A stretch of 64,000 nucleotides of DNA. Origin: Candidatus Microgenomatus sp. (GTDB taxonomy: Bacteria > Patescibacteriota > Microgenomatia > UBA8517). The stretch spans positions 9,564-73,563 of the forward strand of contig DYGT01000004.1 of NCBI GenBank assembly GCA_020724555.1. The letters are read 5' to 3'. Made by a program: the position numbers and the translations under genes. Positions 19,038-28,868 of the stretch are shown piece by piece; position 1 is the first letter of the stretch, and every line of letters starts with the position of its first letter. Below the pieces are notes generated by a model. The model was not told where the DNA came from. It saw nothing but the letters and a program-made list of their open reading frames with translations, and did not search any database.

Positions 19038-20751
19038 TGGCGGCGCCAGTTAACAAATAAAATACCGGTTCCCCCGAAGGATATGCTACCGAGTGCATAA
19101 GCGAAAGACCCGGTGGAGTTCTTTGGGGTTCAAGAATTAGATTCATAGGTATTTCTTTGGCTGAGGCGACATACAAAGTTTTATTATCTAATATTTCCGC
19201 CCACCGAAATACGTTTTCTTTGGGCGAGGCAAAATAAAATTTATCAATGTGGCTCGCATCCCCAAAGCCTTCCAGAGGTACAACATTATCCAGTGGAAAA
19301 TTCTCCTGCCAAAGTTTAGGCGGATATTCATACCAAGCTGCAAAAAATATCCAAGGCGGTTCGTTAGCTACTGAAAAAACTACCCTATCGTATTCACTCT
19401 CATGCTCTTTTACATAAGCGACGGCTTCCTCAAAACCACTGTGCCACCAACGCTCGGAGTTCCATGGGTAATGAACCCAATAATTGTGTTGATAAAATAT
19501 AAAATTAAGCAAAAACAAGCCGAGGTAAGCAGATACAAAAAAAACTTTTTGGCCACGCTTTAATCTTGTTAATGTGTTAAAAAGTCCCCAAGCCATCAAA
19601 ATTATTAAAGGCGGCAGCATTAAAATAAGTCTGGTTGCGTGAGTGCCACCGTCTCTGGTAATTGCTGAGGGAATAGGGGCTGTCAGTATCCAAAAAAGTA
19701 TTAACCATTTTTTACGAACATCGGCCTTACTCCCACCCGAAAAGTAAAAGACTATACCTAAAAATAAAGCCACTGCCTCAACTACATAAAACTGGCCTAT
19801 TCCTCCGATTGAGTGACGGGGGTTGATGTCTCCCTCGTAAAATAAAAAATCCAGAGAAAATGAATCCAAATAATTATTTACAATCATATCTCCCCAGTAA
19901 GTAAATTTATTATGAAATAACCTATCAGTATAACTTGCTGCAAATTCCCCACCTTGCTTTTCGCGAAAGACAACATCGTGTAGCCTCTTATCCCCTACCG
20001 CATACTCTGTATTGGGGTCGGAAAATACGCCAATGTAAGAAAAACGCTGGGCTGCTCCACCGGCAAAAACGCTATAAGCGGTAGGGAGGCCGACTATCAC
20101 AAAAGCAAGAAAAGCGCCAAAAAGATGTTTTGGCTTAAGCTTTTTGAGATCACGCCAGTATAAAATTACCAATATTCCCACAATAACGGGCGTGTACAAT
20201 TTGGCTGAGCTATATATCCAGGGCATAAGCCCCAAGCACAAAGCCGAAAGCCAAAGCCATTTGCCGTCTTTTAATCCTTTGAAAAAAAGATACAAACCCA
20301 TAAAAAAGAAAAACAAAAGTTCGGTTACTTCAAAAGCTCCACGGCTATACTGAATATGCCAAGGCGAAAAAGCCAAAAGAGCTGAAGCCAAAAGTGCCAA
20401 TTTTTCGTTTTTGTAAAAAAAACGGACAAACAAAAACAAAGCAATTATTCCCAATATGCCAAAAATTGCGGCCGGCAAACGCACTCCCAAAGGGCTTATG
20501 CCAAAAAGCCACACCGTGGGAACAGCGGAATATAAATAAAGGGGCGTACGCCACTCAGCCAAAGAGTGCAGATGAAACGGTAAAAAATTGCCGTAATAAT
20601 CGCGTCCGGTTTTCAAAAGAGAATATGCATGGTAACCAACGTCTAATTCATCTCCAAACAATGACACAGGGACTTTGGCCAGCCCGTTAAGCCTCAAGAG
20701 CGAAGCTATAATAATAATCCCGCAAAAAAGCCATTTATTTTTCTTGCTCAT
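19030..20751 (-). CDS. ArnT/PMT-like GT-C glycosyltransferase (family A)
   Basis: FGDELDVGYHAYSLLKTGRDYYG, VRLP, SPWHIQYSR..FE. Start moved from 20766 to ATG 20751, 6 nt after TACAAT. Confidence 0.88.
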   Translation of the reverse strand: MSKKNKWLFCGIIIIASLLRLNGLAKVPVSLFGDELDVGYHAYSLLKTGRDYYGNFLPFHLHSLAEWRTPLYLYSAVPTVWLFGISPLGVRLPAAIFGILGIIALFLFVRFFYKNEKLALLASALLAFSPWHIQYSRGAFEVTELLFFFFMGLYLFFKGLKDGKWLWLSALCLGLMPWIYSSAKLYTPVIVGILVILYWRDLKKLKPKHLFGAFLAFVIVGLPTAYSVFAGGAAQRFSYIGVFSDPNTEYAVGDKRLHDVVFREKQGGEFAASYTDRLFHNKFTYWGDMIVNNYLDSFSLDFLFYEGDINPRHSIGGIGQFYVVEAVALFLGIVFYFSGGSKADVRKKWLILFWILTAPIPSAITRDGGTHATRLILMLPPLIILMAWGLFNTLTRLKRGQKVFFVSAYLGLFLLNFIFYQHNYWVHYPWNSERWWHSGFEEAVAYVKEHESEYDRVVFSVANEPPWIFFAAWYEYPPKLWQENFPLDNVVPLEGFGDASHIDKFYFASPKENVFRWAEILDNKTLYVASAKEIPMNLILEPQRTPPGLSLMHSVAYPSGEPVFYLLTGAANE

Positions 20752-20765
20752 ATAAAAATTGTACA

Positions 20766-21671
20766 CTAGGTTTGCTTGTTAAATTTGGCAAATACTGCTT
20801 CATCTGAAACTTTGCTTTGCTTAGCTTCAGCCTTTCTTTTTTTAAGCACCAAATTTCTTTTTTTGCCTGCCAGGTAAATTATTCGGAAATAACCCGGGTG
20901 TTTTAAAGCCCGAATAACCATAGCCCGTATGTGCTTACGAATAAGTCGCCTGCTGGTAACGTTTTTCCAAATTACCAAAAGTTCGTTTCGTTCTTTGATG
21001 CGGTTTAAATATTTTAATTGAAAACTGTATTGGTTTATCACAGATTCATGTTCATGGATGACGTGCGCCTTAGGCTCCCACAAAAGCTCATAGCCGCGTT
21101 TATGTCCGCGATAACCCAAATCCAAATCTTCCCAGTAAAACGGACTAAAAAGTTCTTCATCCAGCCCTTTTAACTCCATCCATATGCTTCGCCTAAACAC
21201 ACCACTGCCGCCACTCACCCAAAACGTAGCATGAGCTTTATCCGCGGTAACGCCGGGCGAATGTTGAATATAACCATCAGCAAAACTAACGTTTGCCCAG
21301 GATGCTCCTTTTTCATGCAGCCCCACGGCAAAAACATTTTTATTTTTAAAATGTGGGATCACGGACTCCAAAAAATCAGCGGCGGGGATAACGTCCGTAT
21401 TTAAAAGACATACCAATTCTCCTTTTGCCATCCTTACGCCGTGGTTAACGCTGTAGCTGAAACCTCTATTTTTGGATTGCTTTATTAAGCGGATCTCACC
21501 TTTATAATTTTTTTGTAAAAAATTAACCGAATCATCTGATGAAAAATCGTCCACTATGATTATTTCCAAAATACTGTTTTTAGGATTTTTAGCTGAAGAC
21601 AAGACAAAAGGCAGATTTTTTTCTAATAAGTGTCTGCCGTTCCAGTTGGGAATTATTACACTTACATTCAT
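20766..21671 (-). CDS. GT2 glycosyltransferase (WbbL/rhamnosyltransferase-like)
   Basis: VIIPNWNG, N.GFS..VN.G, LLNTD, GLDE, YWEDLDLGYR, VIHEH motifs. Confidence 0.85.
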   Translation of the reverse strand: MNVSVIIPNWNGRHLLEKNLPFVLSSAKNPKNSILEIIIVDDFSSDDSVNFLQKNYKGEIRLIKQSKNRGFSYSVNHGVRMAKGELVCLLNTDVIPAADFLESVIPHFKNKNVFAVGLHEKGASWANVSFADGYIQHSPGVTADKAHATFWVSGGSGVFRRSIWMELKGLDEELFSPFYWEDLDLGYRGHKRGYELLWEPKAHVIHEHESVINQYSFQLKYLNRIKERNELLVIWKNVTSRRLIRKHIRAMVIRALKHPGYFRIIYLAGKKRNLVLKKRKAEAKQSKVSDEAVFAKFNKQT

Positions 21672-22318
21672 TTTATTTTTCTAATTTTAACAAGGTTAAG
21701 CATACCCCAGGCAAAATTACGATCCACCTCTACTCCAAAACCGGCTGCTTTTGCATATTTAGACAACTTATTATCTTTACTAAAAGACTGGATGTGGGTA
21801 TTATCCCATATTTTTGCCCACCAAAAATTTGTCACAAACCACCAAATAATTGTAAACAAAACGCTGTCGGTAGGGACGAGCAATATAGCATAGCCATCTT
21901 TTTTTAAAACGCGCTTTATTTCTTTTAGAACGATTTTAGGGCTTCTGACGTGTTCCATTACTTCCAGTGCAAATACTGCATCAAACTCGCTCTCGGCAAA
22001 AGGAAGTTTATGGGCATCTCCCAGTTTAAATTCCATTTTTTTTGTCCGCCAATGCTTATTTGCCCAATTTACGGATGATTGCAAAACATCAACTCCTATT
22101 AACTTGTCCGCTTTTGTTTTACTCATAATTTCATGGCTAAACAAGCCGTCAGCGCTACCGATATCAAGCACCGATTTAGCTTTATCTATTTCTTTTTTTA
22201 CTTCCCTGAACCGCATATTATGCCAATAACGCTGAAGCACATTCCTTCGTATAGATTGAAAATACCAATCGGGTGGTACGTTTTTATGCAGCGATGCTGC
22301 CTCTTTGAGACTATTCAT
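21668..22318 (-). CDS. Class I SAM-dependent methyltransferase (type 11)
   Basis: VLDIGSADG, GDAHKLPF, FDAVFALEVMEHV, EIKRVLK motifs. Confidence 0.9.
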   Translation of the reverse strand: MNSLKEAASLHKNVPPDWYFQSIRRNVLQRYWHNMRFREVKKEIDKAKSVLDIGSADGLFSHEIMSKTKADKLIGVDVLQSSVNWANKHWRTKKMEFKLGDAHKLPFAESEFDAVFALEVMEHVRSPKIVLKEIKRVLKKDGYAILLVPTDSVLFTIIWWFVTNFWWAKIWDNTHIQSFSKDNKLSKYAKAAGFGVEVDRNFAWGMLNLVKIRKIK

Positions 22319-23834
22319 TATTTAACTTTCTTTTTTGTACTACAATATCACCAAAGGACTTTTCCTCAAGCAAAACAGACCTACTATCCTCATATGAAAT
22401 AGTATCACTAATAAATTTGCTTGGTATACCGGCAGATGGTTCTAAAATCAAAAAACTAACGTCGGATTTTACCTCACTCGGCAGGTTATTGCCTAGCCTG
22501 CCCACCTGATCGCGGCCGATCCAAACTGGTAAAAAGCCGTATTTATCCACTCCGTACCAATTGTACAAATAAGACCAAACAGAGTTGATCCACAATGGAG
22601 AAGTAACGGAATTGATGGCAAAATTGCCACCACCTTCGCTATATGTATAATCAATTGCCGCAAGCTCTTTGGCCAGCACCATATCTTTTTGAATCGAGAA
22701 TATGGTTGCACCATTTTTATTCTCGCGCAAAATCATGGATATATTTGTTATAGCAATTAATATAACAAAAATACCTACCCCAACTCTTTTGCCGGTTTCC
22801 CATTGCTTTCTGAGAAAAATTCCCATTAAAACCGTGACTGCCGGCCCAATCCCAACCATTAAAAAAGGTGTACTTGTGCCACCAACCGAAACGACACTCA
22901 GATGCGCCAATAGCCATGTTGCTAAAAACGGCTCCCAGGAAATCGTGCGTGTATTTTTACTTTTGCGCCAATAGACAAGGCTCATTATTAAAATGGTAAA
23001 TACAAAAAAGGCCCCATAACCTATGTTGCCCGGATATGTCCAATAAGCAAAAACACGACCTATTTGGTTTAAAAATAAAATCAGATAATCGCCAAAACTT
23101 TTAGCCATTTTCAATGAACCTTCCGCGTTTGCCAAACTTGTCAAACCCCAAAAACCCCTAAAGCCAAATTTAATTTCCGTTAAAATCATGGTGCTGACGG
23201 ATAACAAACCACAGACAATAAATTGAAACACTTCTTTTTTGTTGATTTTCTCTCGCGCCACCCACAGCCAGATTAATAGAGGGAGCGTATGGTAAAGTAA
23301 AAACACCTCCGCTTGTACCGAAAAACCCAAAGCAACTGCGGCCAACGCCGGGGCATATTTGTGTTTTTTATTTATCCATAACCAAAGCCCTAAATAAAAA
23401 ACAGGTACTGTAACTATGGCTATTGTGGGGTTACTTAACCAAGTTGCATATTGAGTGGCTTCAAACGACACGGCATAAAAAAATCCCGTTAAAATTGCCG
23501 CACCCCATTTTTTGGTCATAAAATAAGCAATCACCGAAACCACAAAAATTCCTAGAGAATTAAAAATGGCAAGCCAATAAGCAGCAACTACAGGATTGTC
23601 CGACACAAGATATGGAGGCACTAAAAAGTAATAATATAAAACGCCGTGGTATAGCCCCGGAGTCGAAGACGGAGGCCCAAGTACTTTTAAATCCCCGGAA
23701 ATAATTTCTTTTGTGACATATGCGTCGCGCGCTTGGTCATAACCAAAAGTAAGCGAATTTTGCGGCAAAAACATTACTCGCAAAAAAATTCCAAATAAAA
23801 ATATTAAAACAAATATAATAATTTTACTTTTCAT
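22311..23834 (-). CDS. GT-C glycosyltransferase (family B, D[QE]xRD)
   Basis: FGYDQARD, LGPPSSTPGLYHG..YYY, WLSNP; multi-TM. Confidence 0.82.
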   Translation of the reverse strand: MKSKIIIFVLIFLFGIFLRVMFLPQNSLTFGYDQARDAYVTKEIISGDLKVLGPPSSTPGLYHGVLYYYFLVPPYLVSDNPVVAAYWLAIFNSLGIFVVSVIAYFMTKKWGAAILTGFFYAVSFEATQYATWLSNPTIAIVTVPVFYLGLWLWINKKHKYAPALAAVALGFSVQAEVFLLYHTLPLLIWLWVAREKINKKEVFQFIVCGLLSVSTMILTEIKFGFRGFWGLTSLANAEGSLKMAKSFGDYLILFLNQIGRVFAYWTYPGNIGYGAFFVFTILIMSLVYWRKSKNTRTISWEPFLATWLLAHLSVVSVGGTSTPFLMVGIGPAVTVLMGIFLRKQWETGKRVGVGIFVILIAITNISMILRENKNGATIFSIQKDMVLAKELAAIDYTYSEGGGNFAINSVTSPLWINSVWSYLYNWYGVDKYGFLPVWIGRDQVGRLGNNLPSEVKSDVSFLILEPSAGIPSKFISDTISYEDSRSVLLEEKSFGDIVVQKRKLNNE

Positions 23835-26193
23835 ACCAAACTAGTATAGCAGACCTAATTAACGCAGTTAGGACAAAAAATCCGGAAAACATGCTTATAA
23901 ATAAAGCTAGCTTGAACGATTTTGGATAATAATTTAAGGTCAGGCTGTGGCGTCCTTCAGGAATTGCTACGCCTTGAAAGGCATAGTTGGCAGCAAAAAT
24001 ATCTACATCAACGCCATCGAGTTTAGCTTGCCAACCGGGATAATTTGTATTTGATATAACTAAAATGCCGGGACTATTTGTATCTATAGATATCACACTT
24101 TTTTGCGGATTATATTCTTTGAAATCCACTTGATTAGCTGTATCTTTTTGGGGCTTGACAGAAGGGCGATTTTCAACAACCACCTCTTTGTCCATTTCAA
24201 AATCGCTGCCAAGAAGTATGTCAAAAGCATCCAGACCTTCCGCGACTTGCCAATCAAATACCATATAAGCTCTAGGAAGTGCGTCCACGGCTTCCATGAC
24301 AACCACACTTTTATCCTCAAATACCGGTTTAAAGCGCTCGGATAAAAATCTTTCCGGCAGCTCACCTTCCGGGCTCGGCTTGCCCCGGCTAGTTTTCAAA
24401 GCCAGATAATATTTGGTATTTGCCATAGCAAGTAGCGGACTCGTGTCGTTATCGATTATGCCGTATCTGCCCGCGGGATCGGCGTCTTTGGAGTTGCTGT
24501 TAAGAGCCGCTATAAAACGCGATGCTTTCTCGGGACGCATTGTTTCATAGCCACCCAAAGTTTCCAATCCATACGGCATGTGTAAATTTACAGGCATCGT
24601 ATCCCCCAAACTTATGCGAAAAGGTGGCTCTTGGCTTTTTAAAAATTCAATTACCGGCGTTGTCGGATATATAAAACTACGCGGAGCAAAAGAAGTAAAT
24701 TTCCAGCCAAAACGAAATAACTCAAGGACTGCCAGCATAAAAACAATTAATACTCCAAGATATACTTGTTTTAACTTTTTTGCTAAAAAAAGCACTAAAA
24801 ATGTCGTCGTCAAGATCGCGCCGGGAAACAGCAAATTTCTCATACCGACCATATAATTTTCGTTATTATTGTCTATTTTGTACAAATAAAAGCTAATTAA
24901 AAAATAAACCCCCAAAATAATTCCGGTAGATAAACTTACCAAAATTGTTTTAGTACTTTTTCTTTCTTTTAAATATGCATCTACTCCAAAGGCGCAGAGC
25001 AAAGCAACAGCCAGATTTAGTAAAACCAATCCGCGGTGTGCCGAAGACGAGCGCATGCCAAACAAATTATTTTTCCATGCAAATATCGAAATGGGCGTGG
25101 GGTAAACCAAAATTAAACTAACAATAAGAAGAATTATTGGATATTTCATAAATTTTTTTCGCTGCGCCGCAGCTAAAGCATAAAATGTAAACATAAATGC
25201 GATTACTCCGGAAAAACCGGTGTTGCTCGTATAATCCTGAGGTCCCCAATAATTTCCGGTTGCATGGTTGCCAAAAAAATCAGGTGCAATAAAAGTTATT
25301 GTCTTTATAAACGGCAAAAACGCCCACTCAAAAGGGTGTGGTTCGGCTGTCCATTGAGAAAGGCCCAATAATTCTATACTTGGTATAAGCTGAATTGCTG
25401 ACAAACCTAGTCCTAATAGATAATAAAACCCTAGCCTGCCGGTTTTATATATAAAATCAATGTCATTTTTGAAATACAAAAACCACAACAATAAGCTGGC
25501 AATTCCCGTATAAATAATTGTTTGCGGGTATCCGGAAAAAATTTGGAAACAGAAAATTATTGCCAAGCCAAGACCGCTAAATCTACCCATCCCTTTTAGA
25601 ATTCTATCTTCAAAATAGAGTAGCAAAGGTATGAATGCGGCTCCCAAAGCATGTCCGTTCCATCCGGACCAGATCATATTAAAACCGGAAAATGCATAAA
25701 CAATTCCCCCCAAAACGCTTGCTATTTTCGACGCTTTCCAGTGCCGAAGAAGAATATACGTAAACAAAGCTGCGAAAAAATGCTGACTGATGATTTGTAT
25801 CGTCCAGGCATCGAAAACATTAAAAATAAAATAAAATATTGCCGTAGGAGAAAACGGTGCTGATTGAAAATTTGCTAAAAGCGGAGTGCCTCCCAAAATA
25901 AACGGATTCCACAAAGGCCAAAAACCTTGTTTTAATTGCTCGACGGCAAAAGTTTGCATCGGAAAGATAAAAGACGGAATATCTGCTAAGATTGGATTTT
26001 TAACCGGTACTCCTACCTCAAAACCCCATTTATAATCCAGCCATGGATAATAAATACCGACAACAAAATCTCCGGGGAAAGGTACCAAACCGATAACAAC
26101 TCTCCAAAAAAATACCAATACGGCCACTAAAATCATAAAAACCGGCCAATATTTTTTACAAAAGGGAGTTAATCTTTTCAAAAAATCTTTCAT
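23824..26193 (-). CDS. YfhO-family GT-C membrane protein
   Basis: NPILAD, PLWNP...GTP.LAN.QSA.F, GYPQ, ALPRAY, YPGWQA..DG, ANYAFQGV.IP.G.H motifs. Confidence 0.88.
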   Translation of the reverse strand: MKDFLKRLTPFCKKYWPVFMILVAVLVFFWRVVIGLVPFPGDFVVGIYYPWLDYKWGFEVGVPVKNPILADIPSFIFPMQTFAVEQLKQGFWPLWNPFILGGTPLLANFQSAPFSPTAIFYFIFNVFDAWTIQIISQHFFAALFTYILLRHWKASKIASVLGGIVYAFSGFNMIWSGWNGHALGAAFIPLLLYFEDRILKGMGRFSGLGLAIIFCFQIFSGYPQTIIYTGIASLLLWFLYFKNDIDFIYKTGRLGFYYLLGLGLSAIQLIPSIELLGLSQWTAEPHPFEWAFLPFIKTITFIAPDFFGNHATGNYWGPQDYTSNTGFSGVIAFMFTFYALAAAQRKKFMKYPIILLIVSLILVYPTPISIFAWKNNLFGMRSSSAHRGLVLLNLAVALLCAFGVDAYLKERKSTKTILVSLSTGIILGVYFLISFYLYKIDNNNENYMVGMRNLLFPGAILTTTFLVLFLAKKLKQVYLGVLIVFMLAVLELFRFGWKFTSFAPRSFIYPTTPVIEFLKSQEPPFRISLGDTMPVNLHMPYGLETLGGYETMRPEKASRFIAALNSNSKDADPAGRYGIIDNDTSPLLAMANTKYYLALKTSRGKPSPEGELPERFLSERFKPVFEDKSVVVMEAVDALPRAYMVFDWQVAEGLDAFDILLGSDFEMDKEVVVENRPSVKPQKDTANQVDFKEYNPQKSVISIDTNSPGILVISNTNYPGWQAKLDGVDVDIFAANYAFQGVAIPEGRHSLTLNYYPKSFKLALFISMFSGFFVLTALIRSAILVWYEK

Positions 26194-27184
26194 ACGAGTA
26201 ATTTTTGCTTTTTATAAGTGCGTTTTTTCCAAATTTACGAAGTATTTTATTATCCTGAGCCAACTGTAAAGTTTTTTCCTTTAGCCCGGCTTTTGTCTTC
26301 CAGAAAAAGCCATTAATGCTGTCATCTATAATTTCCACTTGGCCTCCTCCTTTATAAACCAGAGGAACGGCCCCACTTGCCATGGCCTCCAGTGTGCTTA
26401 TGCCGAAATGCTCCATTTTTTCAGGATTTTTATCTTCTTCTATGTCGTACCCGCTTGCAGACCAAAATATTTTGGCTTTCCCATACAAGTCCTGAAGCGT
26501 AGCCAGATCGGGGCTCTCTAAAATCGTAACCGGGTAAGACATAATACTGCCGCGGAGAGCTTTCAAAAAACTATCGGCTCCTACTTCAGCTCCTCCGGCA
26601 AGAACTAATCTCCAGTCTTTTAATCCTGAATCATAAACTTTTTTAAAGGCGTCTATCAGGTGTTCCTGGCCTTTGGCTTGCTTTAATGCTGAAAAACGCC
26701 CTACGTATAAAATTATATTTTCTTTTTTTTTCGGCTTAAATCTTTTAATATCAACGGGGGGATAAATAACAACACTATTTACTCCATATTCTCGGTCAAT
26801 AAATTTTTTAGTAAATTGGGAATTACAAATCACCTTTGCAATCCGAAAGAATTTCATTTTGTTGATTAAAGTTTTTCCGCCTACTTTTTGGAAAGGCACT
26901 TGAAAATGAAGCCAATTTTTTCGCGCTCGCAACAAGGGTATGCTTCCGTCGCTAACCCAGAAACAAATATCATAACCGTCTCCTCTTTTGATATCACCCA
27001 CAACCTCCGTATCTTTTAAAGCAAAACCAAAGCGCTCCTCAAGTTTTTTTAATATTTCCCTGTCTTTCCACTCAACATAAACTTTATAATTAGCTTTTTG
27101 TAAAGCTTGAACAACGGCCAGGGTATAGCGCTCTCCCCCTCCCATGGTATCAAGATAAGGATTAAATATTGCTGCTTTTTTCAT
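26156..27184 (-). CDS. GT4 glycosyltransferase
   Basis: GGGERY, NSQFT, YPPV, VGRF..K, EHFGISTLEAMASG motifs. Confidence 0.9.
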   Translation of the reverse strand: MKKAAIFNPYLDTMGGGERYTLAVVQALQKANYKVYVEWKDREILKKLEERFGFALKDTEVVGDIKRGDGYDICFWVSDGSIPLLRARKNWLHFQVPFQKVGGKTLINKMKFFRIAKVICNSQFTKKFIDREYGVNSVVIYPPVDIKRFKPKKKENIILYVGRFSALKQAKGQEHLIDAFKKVYDSGLKDWRLVLAGGAEVGADSFLKALRGSIMSYPVTILESPDLATLQDLYGKAKIFWSASGYDIEEDKNPEKMEHFGISTLEAMASGAVPLVYKGGGQVEIIDDSINGFFWKTKAGLKEKTLQLAQDNKILRKFGKNALIKSKNYSYERFFEKINSLL

Positions 27185-27941
27185 ATTTTAATTGCATCTC
27201 CCAAAGCTTTGCATAGCTGGTAAATCGACTAAACACCTGATAAACAGCGTAGATAATCCCTTCCGGTCCGTCTAAAAATGCCATTTGCCTAAACATGCGA
27301 AGGTAAAATTCACGCGACATGGCCGTCATAAAACGCCACACATTCATTGGGGGGTGATTGGCTTTAAACATCAGTTCCGCCTCAAGCTCGCTCCAAGAAT
27401 TGGTCTTCTCTACCATCTCGGACAGGTTTTCGTGCTTGATGTGAAGAAAGCTTGCTTTCAAATGCCCAAGCCCTCCTTCAAATTGCGGCTCTTCGTGGAG
27501 CTTGCCCATCCATTGGGAAAGAGCGTTTTTCTGGAAAAGTCTTTTGACATAATCGGGCCTTTGCCCTGTATGTTTAAACTCGCGGCCAAATATAAAGTTA
27601 CGCCTGGGAATTGCATAAGCTGAAAATTTCGGATCGTTAATAACATCCAAAATCTCATCGCGTAATTTATCGTCCACCCTTTCATCAGCATCTATATAAA
27701 AAAGCCACCTACAATTCGCTTCTTTTAACCCTCTGTTTCTGGATTGGGAAAAATTTGGCTCATCAAGCCTTGGAAGGTCAATAACTTTGGCGCCGTACTT
27801 TTTGGCAATCTCGGCGGTTTTATCTATTGAACCGTTATTAATAACTACTATTTCATCTACCCAGCCAAGGCTCTTTAAACAATCGGGAAGCATACGCTCT
27901 TCATCTTTGGCTATTATTATTGCGGAGATGTTTTTCTTCAT
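27162..27941 (-). CDS. GT2 glycosyltransferase (WaaE/LgtF-like)
   Basis: AKDEE, GS.DKT, FSQSRN, YIDADE, LHE motifs. Confidence 0.85.
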   Translation of the reverse strand: MKKNISAIIIAKDEERMLPDCLKSLGWVDEIVVINNGSIDKTAEIAKKYGAKVIDLPRLDEPNFSQSRNRGLKEANCRWLFYIDADERVDDKLRDEILDVINDPKFSAYAIPRRNFIFGREFKHTGQRPDYVKRLFQKNALSQWMGKLHEEPQFEGGLGHLKASFLHIKHENLSEMVEKTNSWSELEAELMFKANHPPMNVWRFMTAMSREFYLRMFRQMAFLDGPEGIIYAVYQVFSRFTSYAKLWEMQLKYEKSSNI

Positions 27942-28837
27942 TATATTTTTAGTTTCCGCTTAATTCTATTAATTACGCCGCCGTATTCCTCAACCAAAGT
28001 ATTGTTGTACCAATAGTGAAAACTTTTTTCGTTGTGCTTAAAAGCATTAATACTATCGGCTACTTTAATGGTTTTTTGCGGGAATTCGGCCATTTGCCAC
28101 AGTTTTAAATAAACTACAAGCTCGGAAACTGCTTGTAACAAAGATACGCCAAGTCCATGCACTCCGTCTTTATATCCCTGTCCATAAAAATAACGGCTTA
28201 AAAATTCTGCCGAGGGCTTTTCGATTAAAGCTTGCCAACTAAATTTTTTTTCTTGTTTATGTAAAAGTCGAGCTTGGACCGTAGTGTAGCGGTTCATGCG
28301 CTCGACGTATTGCTCAATTGAATCGTAATGGCGATGAATGATAGCCATATCCTCTTTGGCCTCAAGATCGAGCCCCCTGCCATGGGTCAAAGGTACTCCA
28401 TGAATAATCTCATTCCACAAAACGGCTCCTTTTTTAAAAAGACGGATATTATAATCCGGCCACCATCTGGAGTATTCAAGCCATTTACCAAAAACGATAT
28501 TTTTCCGCGGCAGACGGTAATAATCTGCCTCGGATTCAGCAATAATTTGCCTGATATTTTCCTGCAGTTTTGGGCTTATTCTTTCATCCGGGTCCAAAAT
28601 CAAAATCCAGGGGCCGTTTGCTTTTTCAATGCCGAAATTACGCGCCGGTTCTACATAGTCAAGCCTCTTATGCGGATAGACTGTGGCTCCCGCCTTTTGA
28701 GCTATCTCAGCGCTACCATCGCTTGATTCCATATCAATTACCACGATTTCATCGGCAAGTTTTTTAACCGAAGCTATTGCCTTTTTTAGGTTATCCTTTT
28801 CGTTTAAATTATTTATAACAACCGACAGCTTGGCCAT
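27941..28837 (-). CDS. GT2 glycosyltransferase (WaaE/LgtF-like)
   Basis: NE..NL, IDMESSDGS, ARNFG, ILDPDE, WPDY..RLF, NRYT motifs. Confidence 0.85.
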   Translation of the reverse strand: MAKLSVVINNLNEKDNLKKAIASVKKLADEIVVIDMESSDGSAEIAQKAGATVYPHKRLDYVEPARNFGIEKANGPWILILDPDERISPKLQENIRQIIAESEADYYRLPRKNIVFGKWLEYSRWWPDYNIRLFKKGAVLWNEIIHGVPLTHGRGLDLEAKEDMAIIHRHYDSIEQYVERMNRYTTVQARLLHKQEKKFSWQALIEKPSAEFLSRYFYGQGYKDGVHGLGVSLLQAVSELVVYLKLWQMAEFPQKTIKVADSINAFKHNEKSFHYWYNNTLVEEYGGVINRIKRKLKI

Positions 28838-28843
28838 AATTTG

Positions 28844-28852
28844 ATTTTATCA
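28844..28852 (-). promoter_or_regulatory. Extended -10 TGaTAAAAT, 6 nt before ATG 28837
   Basis: Read directly from sequence; no Shine-Dalgarno. Confidence 0.6.
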
Positions 28853-28868
28853 CGCTGGCAACATTTAT

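Noticed and set aside
8919-20751. Calling family A genes arnT (lipid A L-Ara4N transferase)
   Set aside because: No arnABCDEF or lipid A genes seen; the similarity is at fold level only.
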